DNA of 64,000 nucleotides, from NCBI GenBank assembly GCA_001873215.1, contig MNYS01000002.1:28395-92394 (forward strand), in the 5' to 3' direction. This stretch comes from Candidatus Levybacteria bacterium CG2_30_37_29 (lineage in GTDB: Bacteria; Patescibacteriota; Microgenomatia; Levybacterales; GWA1-39-11). Shown piece after piece: positions 1 through 9,413 of the stretch (positions are counted from its first letter, which is position 1; the number at the start of each line of letters is the position of its first letter). The translations under genes and the position numbers were made by a program. The notes below the pieces were generated by a model, which was given only the letters and a program-made list of their open reading frames with translations, did not search any database and was not told the DNA's origin.

Positions 1-86
1 TCAATGCGTCTCCGCTTCTTGTAATTTGGTACGAGTTTGATAAGAGGAGAAAGCAAAACCCAAAGTTTAAAATTAAAAAATAAACC

Positions 87-236
87 ATGAAATGCGTAAA
101 GTGCAAAAAAGAGATGGAAAAGAGTAGTGATACAAGTTTTGGTAGAGGTGAAAAAGAATATTCTCGAACTATTTATGTCTGCAAAGAAGACGATATCTGG
201 GTAACAATAGAAATTCCAAAAAAAGAAATTAACTAA
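87..236 (+). CDS. Small Cys-containing hypothetical protein (49 aa, MKCVKCKKEM...YVCKEDD)
   Basis: ATG-initiated ORF below the 60-aa track cutoff, read directly from the sequence. CxxC plus a later Cys. Its 3' end overlaps the convergent yqeY stop by a few nt. Confidence 0.25.
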   Translation: MKCVKCKKEMEKSSDTSFGRGEKEYSRTIYVCKEDDIWVTIEIPKKEIN

Positions 237-678
237 GTTTTTCTCGAACAACAGAACTTACTAATTGTCCATCCGCTTTGCCTTTTGTTTTTGGCATCAG
301 TGCTCCCATGACTTTTCCCATATCCTGCATGGTTTTTGCTCCTGTTTGGGTTATTGCCTCGTTTACCAATACTTGAACTTCTTCCTCGGTCATTTGTTCA
401 GGAAGATAAGTTTGCAATATTTCAAGTTCGAGTTTTTCCTTATCTGCGAGTTCTTGCCGTCCGCCTTTTTCGTACATTTCGATTGACTCGCGTCTCTTTT
501 TAATTTCCCGACCGATTACATCCATAACGTCTTCGTCTGTTGCCTCGTATCCTGCCCCGCCTTTTTGAATTTCAAAATATTGAAGAGCGGATTTTAACAT
601 CCGGATAGTTGAAAGTTTTTCAACTTCTTTTGCGAGCATAGCCTGTTTTAGGTCTTCCTGAATTTTATCTTTTAACAT
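229..678 (-). CDS. yqeY: GatB/YqeY domain protein
   Basis: Translation matches the YqeY family along its whole length (LSTIRMLKSA..., EKGGRQELADKEKLELEIL, AKTMQDMGKVMGALMPKTKGKADG). Start moved to the internal Met MLKDKIQ; the MYNICM extension looks spurious. Confidence 0.8.
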   Translation of the reverse strand: MLKDKIQEDLKQAMLAKEVEKLSTIRMLKSALQYFEIQKGGAGYEATDEDVMDVIGREIKKRRESIEMYEKGGRQELADKEKLELEILQTYLPEQMTEEEVQVLVNEAITQTGAKTMQDMGKVMGALMPKTKGKADGQLVSSVVREKLS

Positions 679-703
679 ACAGATATTATACAATAATGGT
701 TAG

Positions 704-759
704 TTAGTTAATAGTTCACGGTAAAAGAGAGATGTCGTTCTTAGTTAATAGTTCACGGT
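704..759. repeat. Two direct copies of TTAGTTAATAGTTCACGGT (704-722 and 741-759) at the 3' flank of the four-helix-bundle gene
   Basis: Exact 19-nt direct repeat 18 nt apart, read directly. An inverted partner lies at 1118-1145. Confidence 0.6.
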
Positions 760-1106
760 TCACGGAGAGAAGTTTTAAGAGCGTTAAGCATTTTAGTTAT
801 TATATTGCACTTATTGTAAAGTTCAAGAAATTTTGTTTCCTCTATATACTTTCTTCTTTTAGCAATTGTAAGAATAGCAATGCATTCATAACAAGAACCT
901 CGTGATAAATCTATAAAGTGCCTAAAATCCTTCTTTGTCCTGCTTGTTCCTTCAGCAATATTTAATGTTATAGAAACAGACGCTCTCCTTAATTGATTGG
1001 TAAGTCCGAACAGCTCATTCTTGGGAAACTGTTTTGTAATAAAATAAATTTCGTCATTAAAACTAAGCGCTTCTTGGTAAACACGAAGATCCTCAAACTT
1101 AAACAT
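753..1106 (-). CDS. Four-helix-bundle protein (23S rRNA intervening-sequence protein family, TIGR02436-like)
   Basis: 117 aa. Motifs typical of the family: FKFEDLRVYQEA, ITKQFPK.E.FGLTNQLRRASVSI.LNIAEG, CYECI. Here it is free-standing between protein genes rather than inside 23S rDNA. Confidence 0.75.
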   Translation of the reverse strand: MFKFEDLRVYQEALSFNDEIYFITKQFPKNELFGLTNQLRRASVSITLNIAEGTSRTKKDFRHFIDLSRGSCYECIAILTIAKRRKYIEETKFLELYNKCNIITKMLNALKTSLREP

Positions 1107-1117
1107 ATTTAATTACT

Positions 1118-1145
1118 GTGAACAGTTAGCAGTGAACTAGCTAAC
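1118..1145. repeat. Imperfect inverted-repeat partner (GTGAACAGTTAGC / GTGAACTAGCTAAC) of the 704-759 repeats
   Basis: The reverse complement of TTAGTTAATAGTTCAC is GTGAACTATTAACTAA; GTGAACTAGCTAAC at 1132-1145 matches it at 14/16. Overlaps the cca stop codon. Confidence 0.45.
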
Positions 1146-2510
1146 GCTTATTTCATGTATTCTTTTGAGTAAATGATCACGATTGTTTAGTTCTAGATTT
1201 TCGTCTACTTCCTCAAAAAGTGTTTGGAGAATTTTTCCGACAGCAGGTCCAGGATCAATGTTTAATTCTTTCATAACATCCGTTCCGTTAACGGCGAGGT
1301 CATTTATTGAAAAAGGCGGATTTAGCTGTTCATTTAATCTTTCCTTAAATTTCTTAAGACGCCAACTTTCCGCGAATTGTGTTCCTCCTCCAAGTCTATC
1401 GCCAATCCGCAAATCTATCATGTCATTAACGTTTTCAACACCAACGCGGCGGATAAATCTGCGGATTGCGCTATCCGTTATGTGCTCGTCGATAGTAAAC
1501 ATATGCCATCGAATAAGCGTATGAATTTTTTCCCGCTGTTTTTTTGAAAATCTCAATCTGTCTGCAATTTCGCTTGCGATTTTTGCGCCCCTTACTTCAT
1601 GATTATAAAAAATAACTAGTCCGTTCTCATCTTTTGATTCAACACTTGGTTTCCCAACGTCATGTAAAAGTGTTGCAAATCTTACAACTGGATCTTTTGA
1701 TGGACAGTTCTTTAAAGACAATACATTGTGGTCAAAAACGTCTGTTGTGTGATGTCTGCCTGGTCTCGCTTGGGAAACGCTTTTCCCGTCAATTAATTCG
1801 GGAATAATATGTTTTAAAAGTCCTGCAGTGTCAAAAAGCATAACTCCTTCGTAGGGGTTATTGGTTGCAAGAGTTTTTAGCAATTCATCTCTAATCCTTT
1901 CTTTTGAAATCTGATTGATAGTTTTTGCTTTTTCTATTACTGCATCCCATGTTTTTGGTTCTATTTCAAACTGCAATTGTGTAGCTATGCGAATTGCGCG
2001 CAATAATCGGAGAGCATCTTCGGCAAAACGCTCTATGGGATTTCCTACCGCACGGATTATTTTTTTTTCAAGATCAAGTTTTCCCCCATATGGATCAATA
2101 ATGTTTTCTTCTCCATCTTTGTTAATTGAAAGCGCAATTGCGTTGATAGTAAAATCACGTCTTGTAAGATCTTCTTCTATAGTTTTTCCCCATTCTACTT
2201 TTTCCGGATGTCTATTATCTGAATATGACGATTCTGTTCTGAAGGTTGTTATTTCAATAATGCCTTTGTGTTCTGTTTCTTCAATGTTTGGAAGCGGGAT
2301 TCCCACAGTTCCAAAAGAATTATCATAAAAAGAATCAGGAAAGAGTTTTTGAATTTCTTCGGGAGTTCCGCTGGTTGCCATATCCCAATCTTTAACTTCT
2401 CTGTCCAAAAGTAAGTCGCGGACACAACCTCCAACAAAAAAAACTTCAAATCCCGAGCTTTTTATTTTGTGGTATATTTCTAGTACATCTTTTTTGACAG
2501 GGAAAATCAT
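1137..2510 (-). CDS. cca: CCA-adding tRNA nucleotidyltransferase (polyA polymerase head domain + HD domain)
   Basis: N-terminal GGCVRDLLL nucleotidyltransferase motif, RRDFTINA, and an HD domain (HDVGK, RWHMF). 457 aa. Confidence 0.85.
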   Translation of the reverse strand: MIFPVKKDVLEIYHKIKSSGFEVFFVGGCVRDLLLDREVKDWDMATSGTPEEIQKLFPDSFYDNSFGTVGIPLPNIEETEHKGIIEITTFRTESSYSDNRHPEKVEWGKTIEEDLTRRDFTINAIALSINKDGEENIIDPYGGKLDLEKKIIRAVGNPIERFAEDALRLLRAIRIATQLQFEIEPKTWDAVIEKAKTINQISKERIRDELLKTLATNNPYEGVMLFDTAGLLKHIIPELIDGKSVSQARPGRHHTTDVFDHNVLSLKNCPSKDPVVRFATLLHDVGKPSVESKDENGLVIFYNHEVRGAKIASEIADRLRFSKKQREKIHTLIRWHMFTIDEHITDSAIRRFIRRVGVENVNDMIDLRIGDRLGGGTQFAESWRLKKFKERLNEQLNPPFSINDLAVNGTDVMKELNIDPGPAVGKILQTLFEEVDENLELNNRDHLLKRIHEISVS

Positions 2511-2531
2511 ATTCTAAAAAGAGTATATCAT

Positions 2532-4175
2532 ATGAAAAAATGGAACATTATAAATAAGTTAAAAAATAATGGAGCAGAGAAGGATATTGTAAAAATTCTT
2601 CTTGCAAACCGAGGTATAAAAACTAAAAAAGACATTGAGGAATTTATTAATCCCAAGCTTACAAGCGTTACCCTTGAGTCTGTTGGAATTGATAAAAAGG
2701 AAGTAAAAAAAACAATTGTGCGAATAGAAAAAGCGATTAAAAAAAATGAAACAATCGTTATTTATGGAGATTATGATGTTGACGGAATTTGCGGCACGGC
2801 AATTTTGTGGGAAACCATCTACGGTTTTTATAAAAATGTAACTCCCTACATTCCTCATAGAGTTGAAGAAGGATACGGCCTATCAATCAAGGGAATTGAA
2901 AATCTAAAAAATAAAAATTGCCGTCTTATTATCACTGTTGATAATGGAATTGTTGCCTACGATGCGATTGAATATGCAAAAAAAGAGGGAATAGATATTA
3001 TTGTCACAGATCACCATTTGCCTTCAAAAAAAGAATTGAATGCTTATGCGGTCGTGCATACGACACAACTTTGTGGAACAAGCGTTGCATATCTTTTAAG
3101 CCGGGAAATTTCCAAAGATAGAAGTTTAGAAAGTTCAGAATTAAATCATTTAGATCTTGTCGCGCTTGCAACTGTTGCAGATATGGTTCCTTTGCTCGAT
3201 GCAAACAGAGCGCTCTTAAAGTTTGGATTAGACTCTCTTAGAGAAACAAGAAGAGTGGGGTTACTTTCATTGTTTTCAGCTTCAGGAATCGAAAAAGAAA
3301 AAATCGGTACTTATGAAATTGGATATATTATTGCGCCAAGGCTAAATGCTGCAGGAAGAATGGAACATGCAATTGACGGTTTGCGTCTTATTTGTACAAC
3401 CGATAAAAACCGTGCAGCTATTTTAGCCAAAAAATTGAACGAAACAAATAAAGATAGACAGATATTAACAGAAGAAATGAGGCTTCACGCCGAAGAGATT
3501 TCTGAAAAAATAAGCACCTCTGAAAAAATTATTTTTGTTTATGATAAAAGCTACAATCAAGGCGTTGTCGGACTGGTTGCATCCCGGCTTGTTGAAAAAC
3601 ATTACCGCCCATCCTTTGTTGTATCAGTTGGGGAAAAATTGTCGAAAGGATCCGCGCGTTCTATAAAAGGTTGTAATATTATTGAGTTTATCCGTAAGTT
3701 TCAACATTTTCTTATTGATACCGGAGGGCATCCGATGGCTGCAGGATTTACAATTGAGACTTCAAAAATAGAAATCTTTAAAAAAGCACTTGAAGAGCAT
3801 GGAAAAGAGATCATAAAAGACGAGCAGTTAATAAAAAGTCTTGATATAGATCTAGAATTTAACTTTAATCAGATAACCTTTGAAATGTTTGAATCAATAC
3901 AAAAACTCTTACCTTTCGGAATGAAAAACCCCGAGCCGGTTTTTCTCACTAAAAATGTTACAGTTTCCGATATTAAAACAGTCGGTAAAGACGGGAAGCA
4001 TTTGAAATTATTGCTTGAAAAAAATGGAAAAAAAATATTGGGAATTTGGTTTGGAAACGGAAAGAATGACATGAAGATAGGTAAAGAAGTAGATGTTGTT
4101 TATACGATTGATAGTAATTATTGGAATGGAGAGAGCAAGCTTCAGTTAAAAATTAAGGATGTAGGAAAGACTTAA
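2532..4175 (+). CDS. recJ: Single-stranded-DNA-specific exonuclease RecJ
   Basis: DHH family motifs: GDYDVDGICG, ITVDNG, IIVTDHH, and DHHA1 GGHPMAAG. 547 aa. Confidence 0.9.
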   Translation: MKKWNIINKLKNNGAEKDIVKILLANRGIKTKKDIEEFINPKLTSVTLESVGIDKKEVKKTIVRIEKAIKKNETIVIYGDYDVDGICGTAILWETIYGFYKNVTPYIPHRVEEGYGLSIKGIENLKNKNCRLIITVDNGIVAYDAIEYAKKEGIDIIVTDHHLPSKKELNAYAVVHTTQLCGTSVAYLLSREISKDRSLESSELNHLDLVALATVADMVPLLDANRALLKFGLDSLRETRRVGLLSLFSASGIEKEKIGTYEIGYIIAPRLNAAGRMEHAIDGLRLICTTDKNRAAILAKKLNETNKDRQILTEEMRLHAEEISEKISTSEKIIFVYDKSYNQGVVGLVASRLVEKHYRPSFVVSVGEKLSKGSARSIKGCNIIEFIRKFQHFLIDTGGHPMAAGFTIETSKIEIFKKALEEHGKEIIKDEQLIKSLDIDLEFNFNQITFEMFESIQKLLPFGMKNPEPVFLTKNVTVSDIKTVGKDGKHLKLLLEKNGKKILGIWFGNGKNDMKIGKEVDVVYTIDSNYWNGESKLQLKIKDVGKT

Positions 4176-4340
4176 CTATTTGTTGGGTGTTGTATTTTCT
4201 GCTTCTTTGTCTGTTTCAAGTCTTCGTAATTTCTGCCATTCCACAAACTTTCTTTGTTTTCTTGTTTCCTCCTCGGAAGTTTTAACATATGGGTTTGCAA
4301 GTGGTTTTTCGTCGATTTCTATGTCCGGCGCGTCTGGCAT
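4176..4340 (-). CDS. Small hypothetical ORF (54 aa, MPDAPDIEIDEKPLANPYVK...)
   Basis: ATG ORF on the minus strand abutting the recJ stop. Below the track cutoff; found by reading the sequence. No recognisable family. Confidence 0.2.
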   Translation of the reverse strand: MPDAPDIEIDEKPLANPYVKTSEEETRKQRKFVEWQKLRRLETDKEAENTTPNK

Positions 4341-4370
4341 ATTTTTATTACATCAAGCAAGCAAATTTAT

Positions 4371-4604
4371 TTATCGGTCTGGTTCCAAATAGCTATCAAG
4401 CCAGGGCATTGGTCTACCAAGTGGGTATACACGTGTCGGAATCATCTCTATGCCATTAAAAAATCTTATAATATGATTTGGGTTAATATCTGTTTCATAC
4501 GGTTGTTTGGGCCTAAACGCGCCAAACTCAGCATAATCGGGAATATCCATTCCCTGCATGCTTATTAATGTTCTTCTTGTCATGTGTTTTTTTGATTCTT
4601 TCAT
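4371..4604 (-). CDS. Hypothetical protein (approx. 77 aa)
   Basis: Minus-strand ORF in the recJ-aspS gap. Start placed at MKESKK, preceded by an A/G-rich stretch. No family recognised. Confidence 0.35.
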   Translation of the reverse strand: MKESKKHMTRRTLISMQGMDIPDYAEFGAFRPKQPYETDINPNHIIRFFNGIEMIPTRVYPLGRPMPWLDSYLEPDR

Positions 4605-4759
4605 AATTTTCCACAAAAAAACCCCCGCTTTGTTTTGGGAGTTTGTTCAGCTTTTATTCCGCGCAAACTTCCCTAGCTTCGAATGAAGCTAAGGATAGTG
4701 CGCTTTAATGAACAAAATATTTTCATGCTTACTTTTCATGCTAGCACAGTAAAAAGTGC

Positions 4760-4788
4760 TTGTCAAGTAAGGCTGGTCAGTGTATTAT
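4760..4788 (+). promoter_or_regulatory. Sigma70-like promoter TTGTCA-17 nt-TATTAT immediately upstream of the aspS start
   Basis: Near-consensus -35/-10 with 17-nt spacer. The predicted transcription start falls at about 4795-4797, on the GTG at 4796, which implies a leaderless or near-leaderless aspS mRNA. Confidence 0.4.
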
Positions 4789-4795
4789 TAAGGTT

Positions 4796-6136
4796 GTGAA
4801 CAGAAGTTTGAGTTTGGATCTGACAAAGAAAATAGGAGAAGAAGTGCTTTTGAAAGGCTGGGTTGAGCGTGTGAGGTCCCATGGCAAAATAGCCTTTTTT
4901 GACCTTAGGGATATGTCAGAAACGGTCCAAATAGCCGCATTTGACGATCTGGCCTTAAAAGTTGCAGGTTTGGGTGTGCAGGATGTGGTTGAGGTGGAAG
5001 GTCTGGTTAAGGCCAGGGAAGAAAGATATATAAACAAAGAAGTTCCAACAGGCTCAATAGAAGTTGAGCTTAAAAGTTTAAAAGTAATTGTAAAATCACA
5101 AGAAATGCCTTTTGATATGGGAGGAAAAGATCTTGACCTTCAGCTTCCGACGCTTCTTGATTACCGTGCGTTAACTTTAAGACATTCGAAAGTCAGAGAA
5201 ATTTTCTTGATTCAATCCGCCCTTCTTTCAGGTTTTAGAAAGGCGGCTGAAAGTCTTTCTTGTGTTGAGCTTTCTGTTCCGACAATTGCTGCAAGCGCAA
5301 CAGAAGGAGGAGCGGAAGTTTTTGACATCAATTATTACGGACACCGCGCATACCTCACTCAAAGCCCGCAGCTATACAAACAGATGATGATTCCTGTTTT
5401 TGAGAGAGTTTTTACGATTTCACACGCATACCGCGCCGAGCCATCCGTTACAACGCGTCACCTATCTGAATCAACGCAAATGGATTGCGAATTTGGGTTT
5501 GTTGATTTTCAAATGCTTTTAGATTTACTTGAAGAGGTTGTAATAAAAATGCTTAAAGAAGTTGAAGCTACATGTGGGGATATTTTAAAAGCTCGTGGGG
5601 TTGAAAAACTACTGCTTGGTAAAACTCCAAGACTGACTTTGCGTGAATCACAAAAAATAATTTATAAAGAAACAGGAAGAGATAATAGAAAAGAAAAAGA
5701 TCTTACTCCACAGGATGAAATTGATATTTGTGAGTGGGCAAAGAAAAATCATAATAGCGATTTAGTAACTATTACTCATTTTCCAACTGCCAAGCGAGCT
5801 TTTTATACGATGCCCGATCCAAATGATCCAGAATACAGTCTTTCTTATGATGTTTTATTTAGGGGCGTAGAAATTTCAAGCGGAAGTCAGAGGATTAGCG
5901 ATTATAATGAACTTGTTCAAACGATAAAAAATAGAGGTATGAATCCTAAAAATTTTGAATTGTATCTGCAGGCTTTTAAATACGGAATGCCTCCTGAGGG
6001 AGGATTTTCTTTTGGTTTGGAACGCATGACGATGCATATTCTAAATCTTGCAAATGTTAGGGAAGCATCTCTTTTCCCTCGGGATATGGAGCGGGTTGAT
6101 GAAAGATTCTCACAAATCGAAGAAAAAGAGGTTTGA
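4796..6136 (+). CDS. aspS: Aspartyl-tRNA synthetase, short archaeal/eukaryotic-type class IIb
   Basis: N-terminal OB fold (LLKGWVERVRSHGKIAFFDLRD). Class II motifs FRGVEISSGSQRISD and GMPPEGGFSFGLERMTMHIL. Start set to the GTG at 4796 because the promoter lies inside the track ORF; the exact start is uncertain (TTG at 4760, 4808 or 4814 are alternatives). Confidence 0.85.
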   Translation: MNRSLSLDLTKKIGEEVLLKGWVERVRSHGKIAFFDLRDMSETVQIAAFDDLALKVAGLGVQDVVEVEGLVKAREERYINKEVPTGSIEVELKSLKVIVKSQEMPFDMGGKDLDLQLPTLLDYRALTLRHSKVREIFLIQSALLSGFRKAAESLSCVELSVPTIAASATEGGAEVFDINYYGHRAYLTQSPQLYKQMMIPVFERVFTISHAYRAEPSVTTRHLSESTQMDCEFGFVDFQMLLDLLEEVVIKMLKEVEATCGDILKARGVEKLLLGKTPRLTLRESQKIIYKETGRDNRKEKDLTPQDEIDICEWAKKNHNSDLVTITHFPTAKRAFYTMPDPNDPEYSLSYDVLFRGVEISSGSQRISDYNELVQTIKNRGMNPKNFELYLQAFKYGMPPEGGFSFGLERMTMHILNLANVREASLFPRDMERVDERFSQIEEKEV

Positions 6137-7091
6137 TTTCCTGTCAAAAATTTCTTTCCGGCGTTTTTTTTCAGAAATTAAGCTTGTAAGAAAGATAAAA
6201 CTTTCATATATCTTTTTTTTTCTTTTTTTCCTAAATTTAATTTTTATAACCATTTTTGTTTATTTGTTTCATCTTGTACAAAAAGAAAGTATATCCAAAG
6301 TGCAAATAAAGGAATTGGCGCGACATTTGCTTCCGTATTCTTCTAAATCTCCCGGAGAGCTTCCTGTGTCTGCCAGGTCAATTGCGGTATACGAAAAAGA
6401 TTCACGCGCTTTTGTAATCGAGAAGAATTCAACGCTTCGTTTTTCCCCTGCATCAAGTGCAAAAATTATGACGTCTCTTGTTGCTCTTGAAGCTTTTGGT
6501 ACAGATAAAATACTTAATGCCACAAATATAAATATTGTTGAGGGTTCTAAGATGGGCCTTTTTGAAGGAGAGGCAATAAGTGTTGAGAATTTACTTTATG
6601 GACTTCTGCTTCCTTCGGGAAACGACGCGGCATTTGTTATTGCAAATAGTTATACCGGAGGACAAAGCGAATTCATTTCGCGAATGAATACAAAGGCGCG
6701 TGAATTAAAGCTTTTAAATACAAATTTTATTGATGCAGCGGGATTTGAGGATGATAATTATACGACTGCAAACGACTTGGCAAGGCTTGCGTCGGCGGCT
6801 TTGGAAAATAGTGAATTTAGAAAAATTGTCTCAACAAAAAAAAAGATTGTTTATGACACAAGCGGAAAAATTCCACACGACCTAAAAAACTTAAATGAGC
6901 TGCTTGATGTACCTGGAGTTTATGGTGTTAAAACAGGATTTACGGATGAGGCAGGTGGAGTTTTGGTAACAGCTATCGATGTTAATAAAAAAACATATAT
7001 AGTTGTCGTTTTAAAAAGCGATGATAGATTTGCTGATACAAATGACATAATAAGAGAAGTTGTGAAGAATATACAACTTATTTCCTTCTGA
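6099..7091 (+). CDS. D-alanyl-D-alanine carboxypeptidase (peptidase S11, PBP5-like), membrane-anchored
   Basis: SSAK (SxxK), SGN and KTG active-site motifs. N-terminal TM helix. Start set to the internal MKDSHKS and still overlaps the aspS 3' end by about 38 nt. Confidence 0.8.
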   Translation: MKDSHKSKKKRFDFLSKISFRRFFSEIKLVRKIKLSYIFFFLFFLNLIFITIFVYLFHLVQKESISKVQIKELARHLLPYSSKSPGELPVSARSIAVYEKDSRAFVIEKNSTLRFSPASSAKIMTSLVALEAFGTDKILNATNINIVEGSKMGLFEGEAISVENLLYGLLLPSGNDAAFVIANSYTGGQSEFISRMNTKARELKLLNTNFIDAAGFEDDNYTTANDLARLASAALENSEFRKIVSTKKKIVYDTSGKIPHDLKNLNELLDVPGVYGVKTGFTDEAGGVLVTAIDVNKKTYIVVVLKSDDRFADTNDIIREVVKNIQLISF

Positions 7092-7093
7092 TT

Positions 7094-8146
7094 TTAATTA
7101 CCAATAGAAGTATCGGGGACTGCATTAACGTATGCTGTAAATCCATTTCCTTTAAAAACATAAATTGGGACAGTGTAGCTTTGAGTTTCGTCATCGCTAA
7201 AATAATATCCTAGAAAAACTTCAATTAAATCAAGTGATTTAGATCCCGGATTGTCTAAAAAGACAAACGCTTTTCCTGCTTGTAGATCATCAAATGCTTG
7301 TTGTGTTATTTTGATAGGATATGTTGTAACCATATTTTTATCAACAACATTATGAGTAAATCCTGCTTCTATAATTCTTTGAATGCCGTCCACATTGGCT
7401 AAATAGAAATACATTATTGATTGATTATTGTTTGGGTAATACATTTTAAGCTGCAATCCGTTCTCCGAAAGGTCATTTTGAAACAAATCAACGCGCGCGA
7501 CTTGTGCCTCAAATTGATTGTCTACCGGGATTAACGTTCCGGATGAGAGCTTAAAGTATTTAACAGTTGTTAAATTTGTATCAATGTCGGAAGTATCTAT
7601 GCCGACATTAGCAAGAAATGAAAAAATAAACCTTGATATTTCATCTTTTTTTGCTGTTTGTTCGTAAACTTTTAGAGGCGGGTTTGCTATAAAATTAGAT
7701 TTTATTTGGAAATTGTTTCTATAAATGTCATATGTAATAGTTTCTCCATTTGAATTAGTCCACGATGATTTGGTGTCAGATATTCTTTTCTCGAAAAGTT
7801 TATAGTCTAGCTTCTTTAATTTATCGCGTACGTCTTGAAGAGCACCGAGAATTGGCGGGAATTCGCGCGTTTTGTATACTTTCATTCTGTCAGGAGATGC
7901 TGGAAGAGTTTTGTTAACAGTATTAATCCTGTATTCAATACGGGTAATATTTTGGGAAGGGAAAGAAACTATCGGGAGCTTTCCGAATTTTTCTTCAGGA
8001 GGTGGAAGGGGAGTAGGAAAAAATATTTTTTTAAATAAGGTTGCGCCGTTTACGGTTAGATACAAAATAAACATAACACTTCCGACAATTGCCAAAATTT
8101 TTAAAAGGATTCGCGTTTCACGGGTAATTTTTACAAGAGTTGCCAT
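7094..8146 (-). CDS. Hypothetical membrane-anchored protein (350 aa)
   Basis: Single N-terminal TM helix (ILAIVGSVMFILYLTV) and a large extracytoplasmic domain. No family recognised. Confidence 0.5.
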   Translation of the reverse strand: MATLVKITRETRILLKILAIVGSVMFILYLTVNGATLFKKIFFPTPLPPPEEKFGKLPIVSFPSQNITRIEYRINTVNKTLPASPDRMKVYKTREFPPILGALQDVRDKLKKLDYKLFEKRISDTKSSWTNSNGETITYDIYRNNFQIKSNFIANPPLKVYEQTAKKDEISRFIFSFLANVGIDTSDIDTNLTTVKYFKLSSGTLIPVDNQFEAQVARVDLFQNDLSENGLQLKMYYPNNNQSIMYFYLANVDGIQRIIEAGFTHNVVDKNMVTTYPIKITQQAFDDLQAGKAFVFLDNPGSKSLDLIEVFLGYYFSDDETQSYTVPIYVFKGNGFTAYVNAVPDTSIGN

Positions 8147-8198
8147 ATTTATAAGGTACTATTTGAGTATACGCAAGACTTCGTGTAAAATTCAAGAT

Positions 8199-9413
8199 AT
8201 GAATGTAAATGTGCGTTTTGCTCCAAGTCCCACAGGAACGCTTCATGTTGGAGGAATTAGAACTGCTCTTTTTAATTATTTTTTTTCAGAGTCTAATAAG
8301 GGAACTTTTATTCTTAGAAACGAAGATACAGATCAAGCAAGAAAGGTTGAGGGATCGCTTGAGGTAACAGAGCAATCTTTAAAATGGCTTGGTGTTTCTT
8401 GGGATACATTGGTTACTCAGTCGGAACGGTTGGAGCATTACAAAAAATACGCGATGCATCTTGTTTCTGACGGGAAAGCAAAAGAAGAAGAAGGCGCAAT
8501 TAGATTTTTTGTTCCGAAGACAGACAAAACATCATGGACAGATGCGATTGGTAACAAAGAGATAATATTTGAAAATAAAGACATTGAAGATTTTATAATT
8601 CTTAAAAAAGACGGTTTTCCAACATACCATTTAGCAAATGTAGTAGACGACCATTTAATGGAAATAACGCATGTTATAAGGGGGGAAGATTGGATTCCGT
8701 CAACTCCCAAGCATATACTTTTGTATCAAGCTTTTGAATGGAACGTACCTATATTTGCCCATGTGCCAAATGTTTTGGGAATTGATGGAAAAAAGCTTTC
8801 AAAAAGAAGAGGTGCAAAATCAGTTTTGGATTTTAAGGGAGAAGGGTATTTAGCCGAAGCTCTTTTGAATTACTTAATGCTCCTTGGGTGGTCACCAAAA
8901 GATGACCGTGAAATTTTATCAAAAGAGGAAATTATAAAAGATTTTTCTCTGGAAAAAATAAATTCGGCACCCGCAATATTTGATTCAAAAAAACTTGATT
9001 GGTTAAACGGAGAATATATCCGGAGTTTGGGCGACAAAGAGTTAGGTAATAGGTTGTTAGAATTTGATTCGAATATTTCTAATATCCCTAATTTTGAGAA
9101 ATATTTACCTCTTGCCAAAACAAGAATGAAAACACTTGCTGATTTTCGCCTCCTTGTGGAAGATAAAAATGTCCAGTTGCTTGATAAACAAAGAGATTTG
9201 AATATTAATCTTGAGAAGAATTATCTTAATCTAAAACAATGGACAGCCCCGTTTATTTTGCCAGCTACATTTTCAGCAAGAGATGAATCGGGAGCTACAA
9301 CTCAAGATATATATACTGTATTGACAGGAAAACCAAGCGGATTACCCTTTTCTGAGAAGCTTGAAATAGAGGGCAGAGAAAAAACTCTTGAACGTCTTAG
9401 AAAACAAAAATGA
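8199..9413 (+). CDS. gltX: Glutamyl-tRNA synthetase (short form, about 404 aa)
   Basis: HIGH-region MNVNVRFAPSPTGTLHVGG and KLSKR (KMSKS). Start placed at MNVNVRF; the 109-codon upstream extension overlaps the convergent gene and is rejected. Confidence 0.85.
   Translation: MNVNVRFAPSPTGTLHVGGIRTALFNYFFSESNKGTFILRNEDTDQARKVEGSLEVTEQSLKWLGVSWDTLVTQSERLEHYKKYAMHLVSDGKAKEEEGAIRFFVPKTDKTSWTDAIGNKEIIFENKDIEDFIILKKDGFPTYHLANVVDDHLMEITHVIRGEDWIPSTPKHILLYQAFEWNVPIFAHVPNVLGIDGKKLSKRRGAKSVLDFKGEGYLAEALLNYLMLLGWSPKDDREILSKEEIIKDFSLEKINSAPAIFDSKKLDWLNGEYIRSLGDKELGNRLLEFDSNISNIPNFEKYLPLAKTRMKTLADFRLLVEDKNVQLLDKQRDLNINLEKNYLNLKQWTAPFILPATFSARDESGATTQDIYTVLTGKPSGLPFSEKLEIEGREKTLERLRKQK

Noticed and set aside
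265-486. Plus-strand 73-aa ORF inside yqeY
   Set aside because: Antisense to a well-supported YqeY gene. Low-complexity Cys/Phe-rich translation typical of AT-rich antisense frames.
1183-2449. Plus-strand ORFs 1183..1524 and 1915..2328, and minus-strand alternative-frame ORF 2249..2449, inside cca
   Set aside because: Entirely nested in the CCA-enzyme gene, which has clear family motifs. Ser/Phe-rich nonsense translations.
7872-8198. Long N-terminal extension of the GluRS ORF (track start 7872)
   Set aside because: The extension overlaps the convergent 350-aa gene and has no GluRS similarity. The HIGH motif lies 8 residues after Met at 8199, so the start was moved there.
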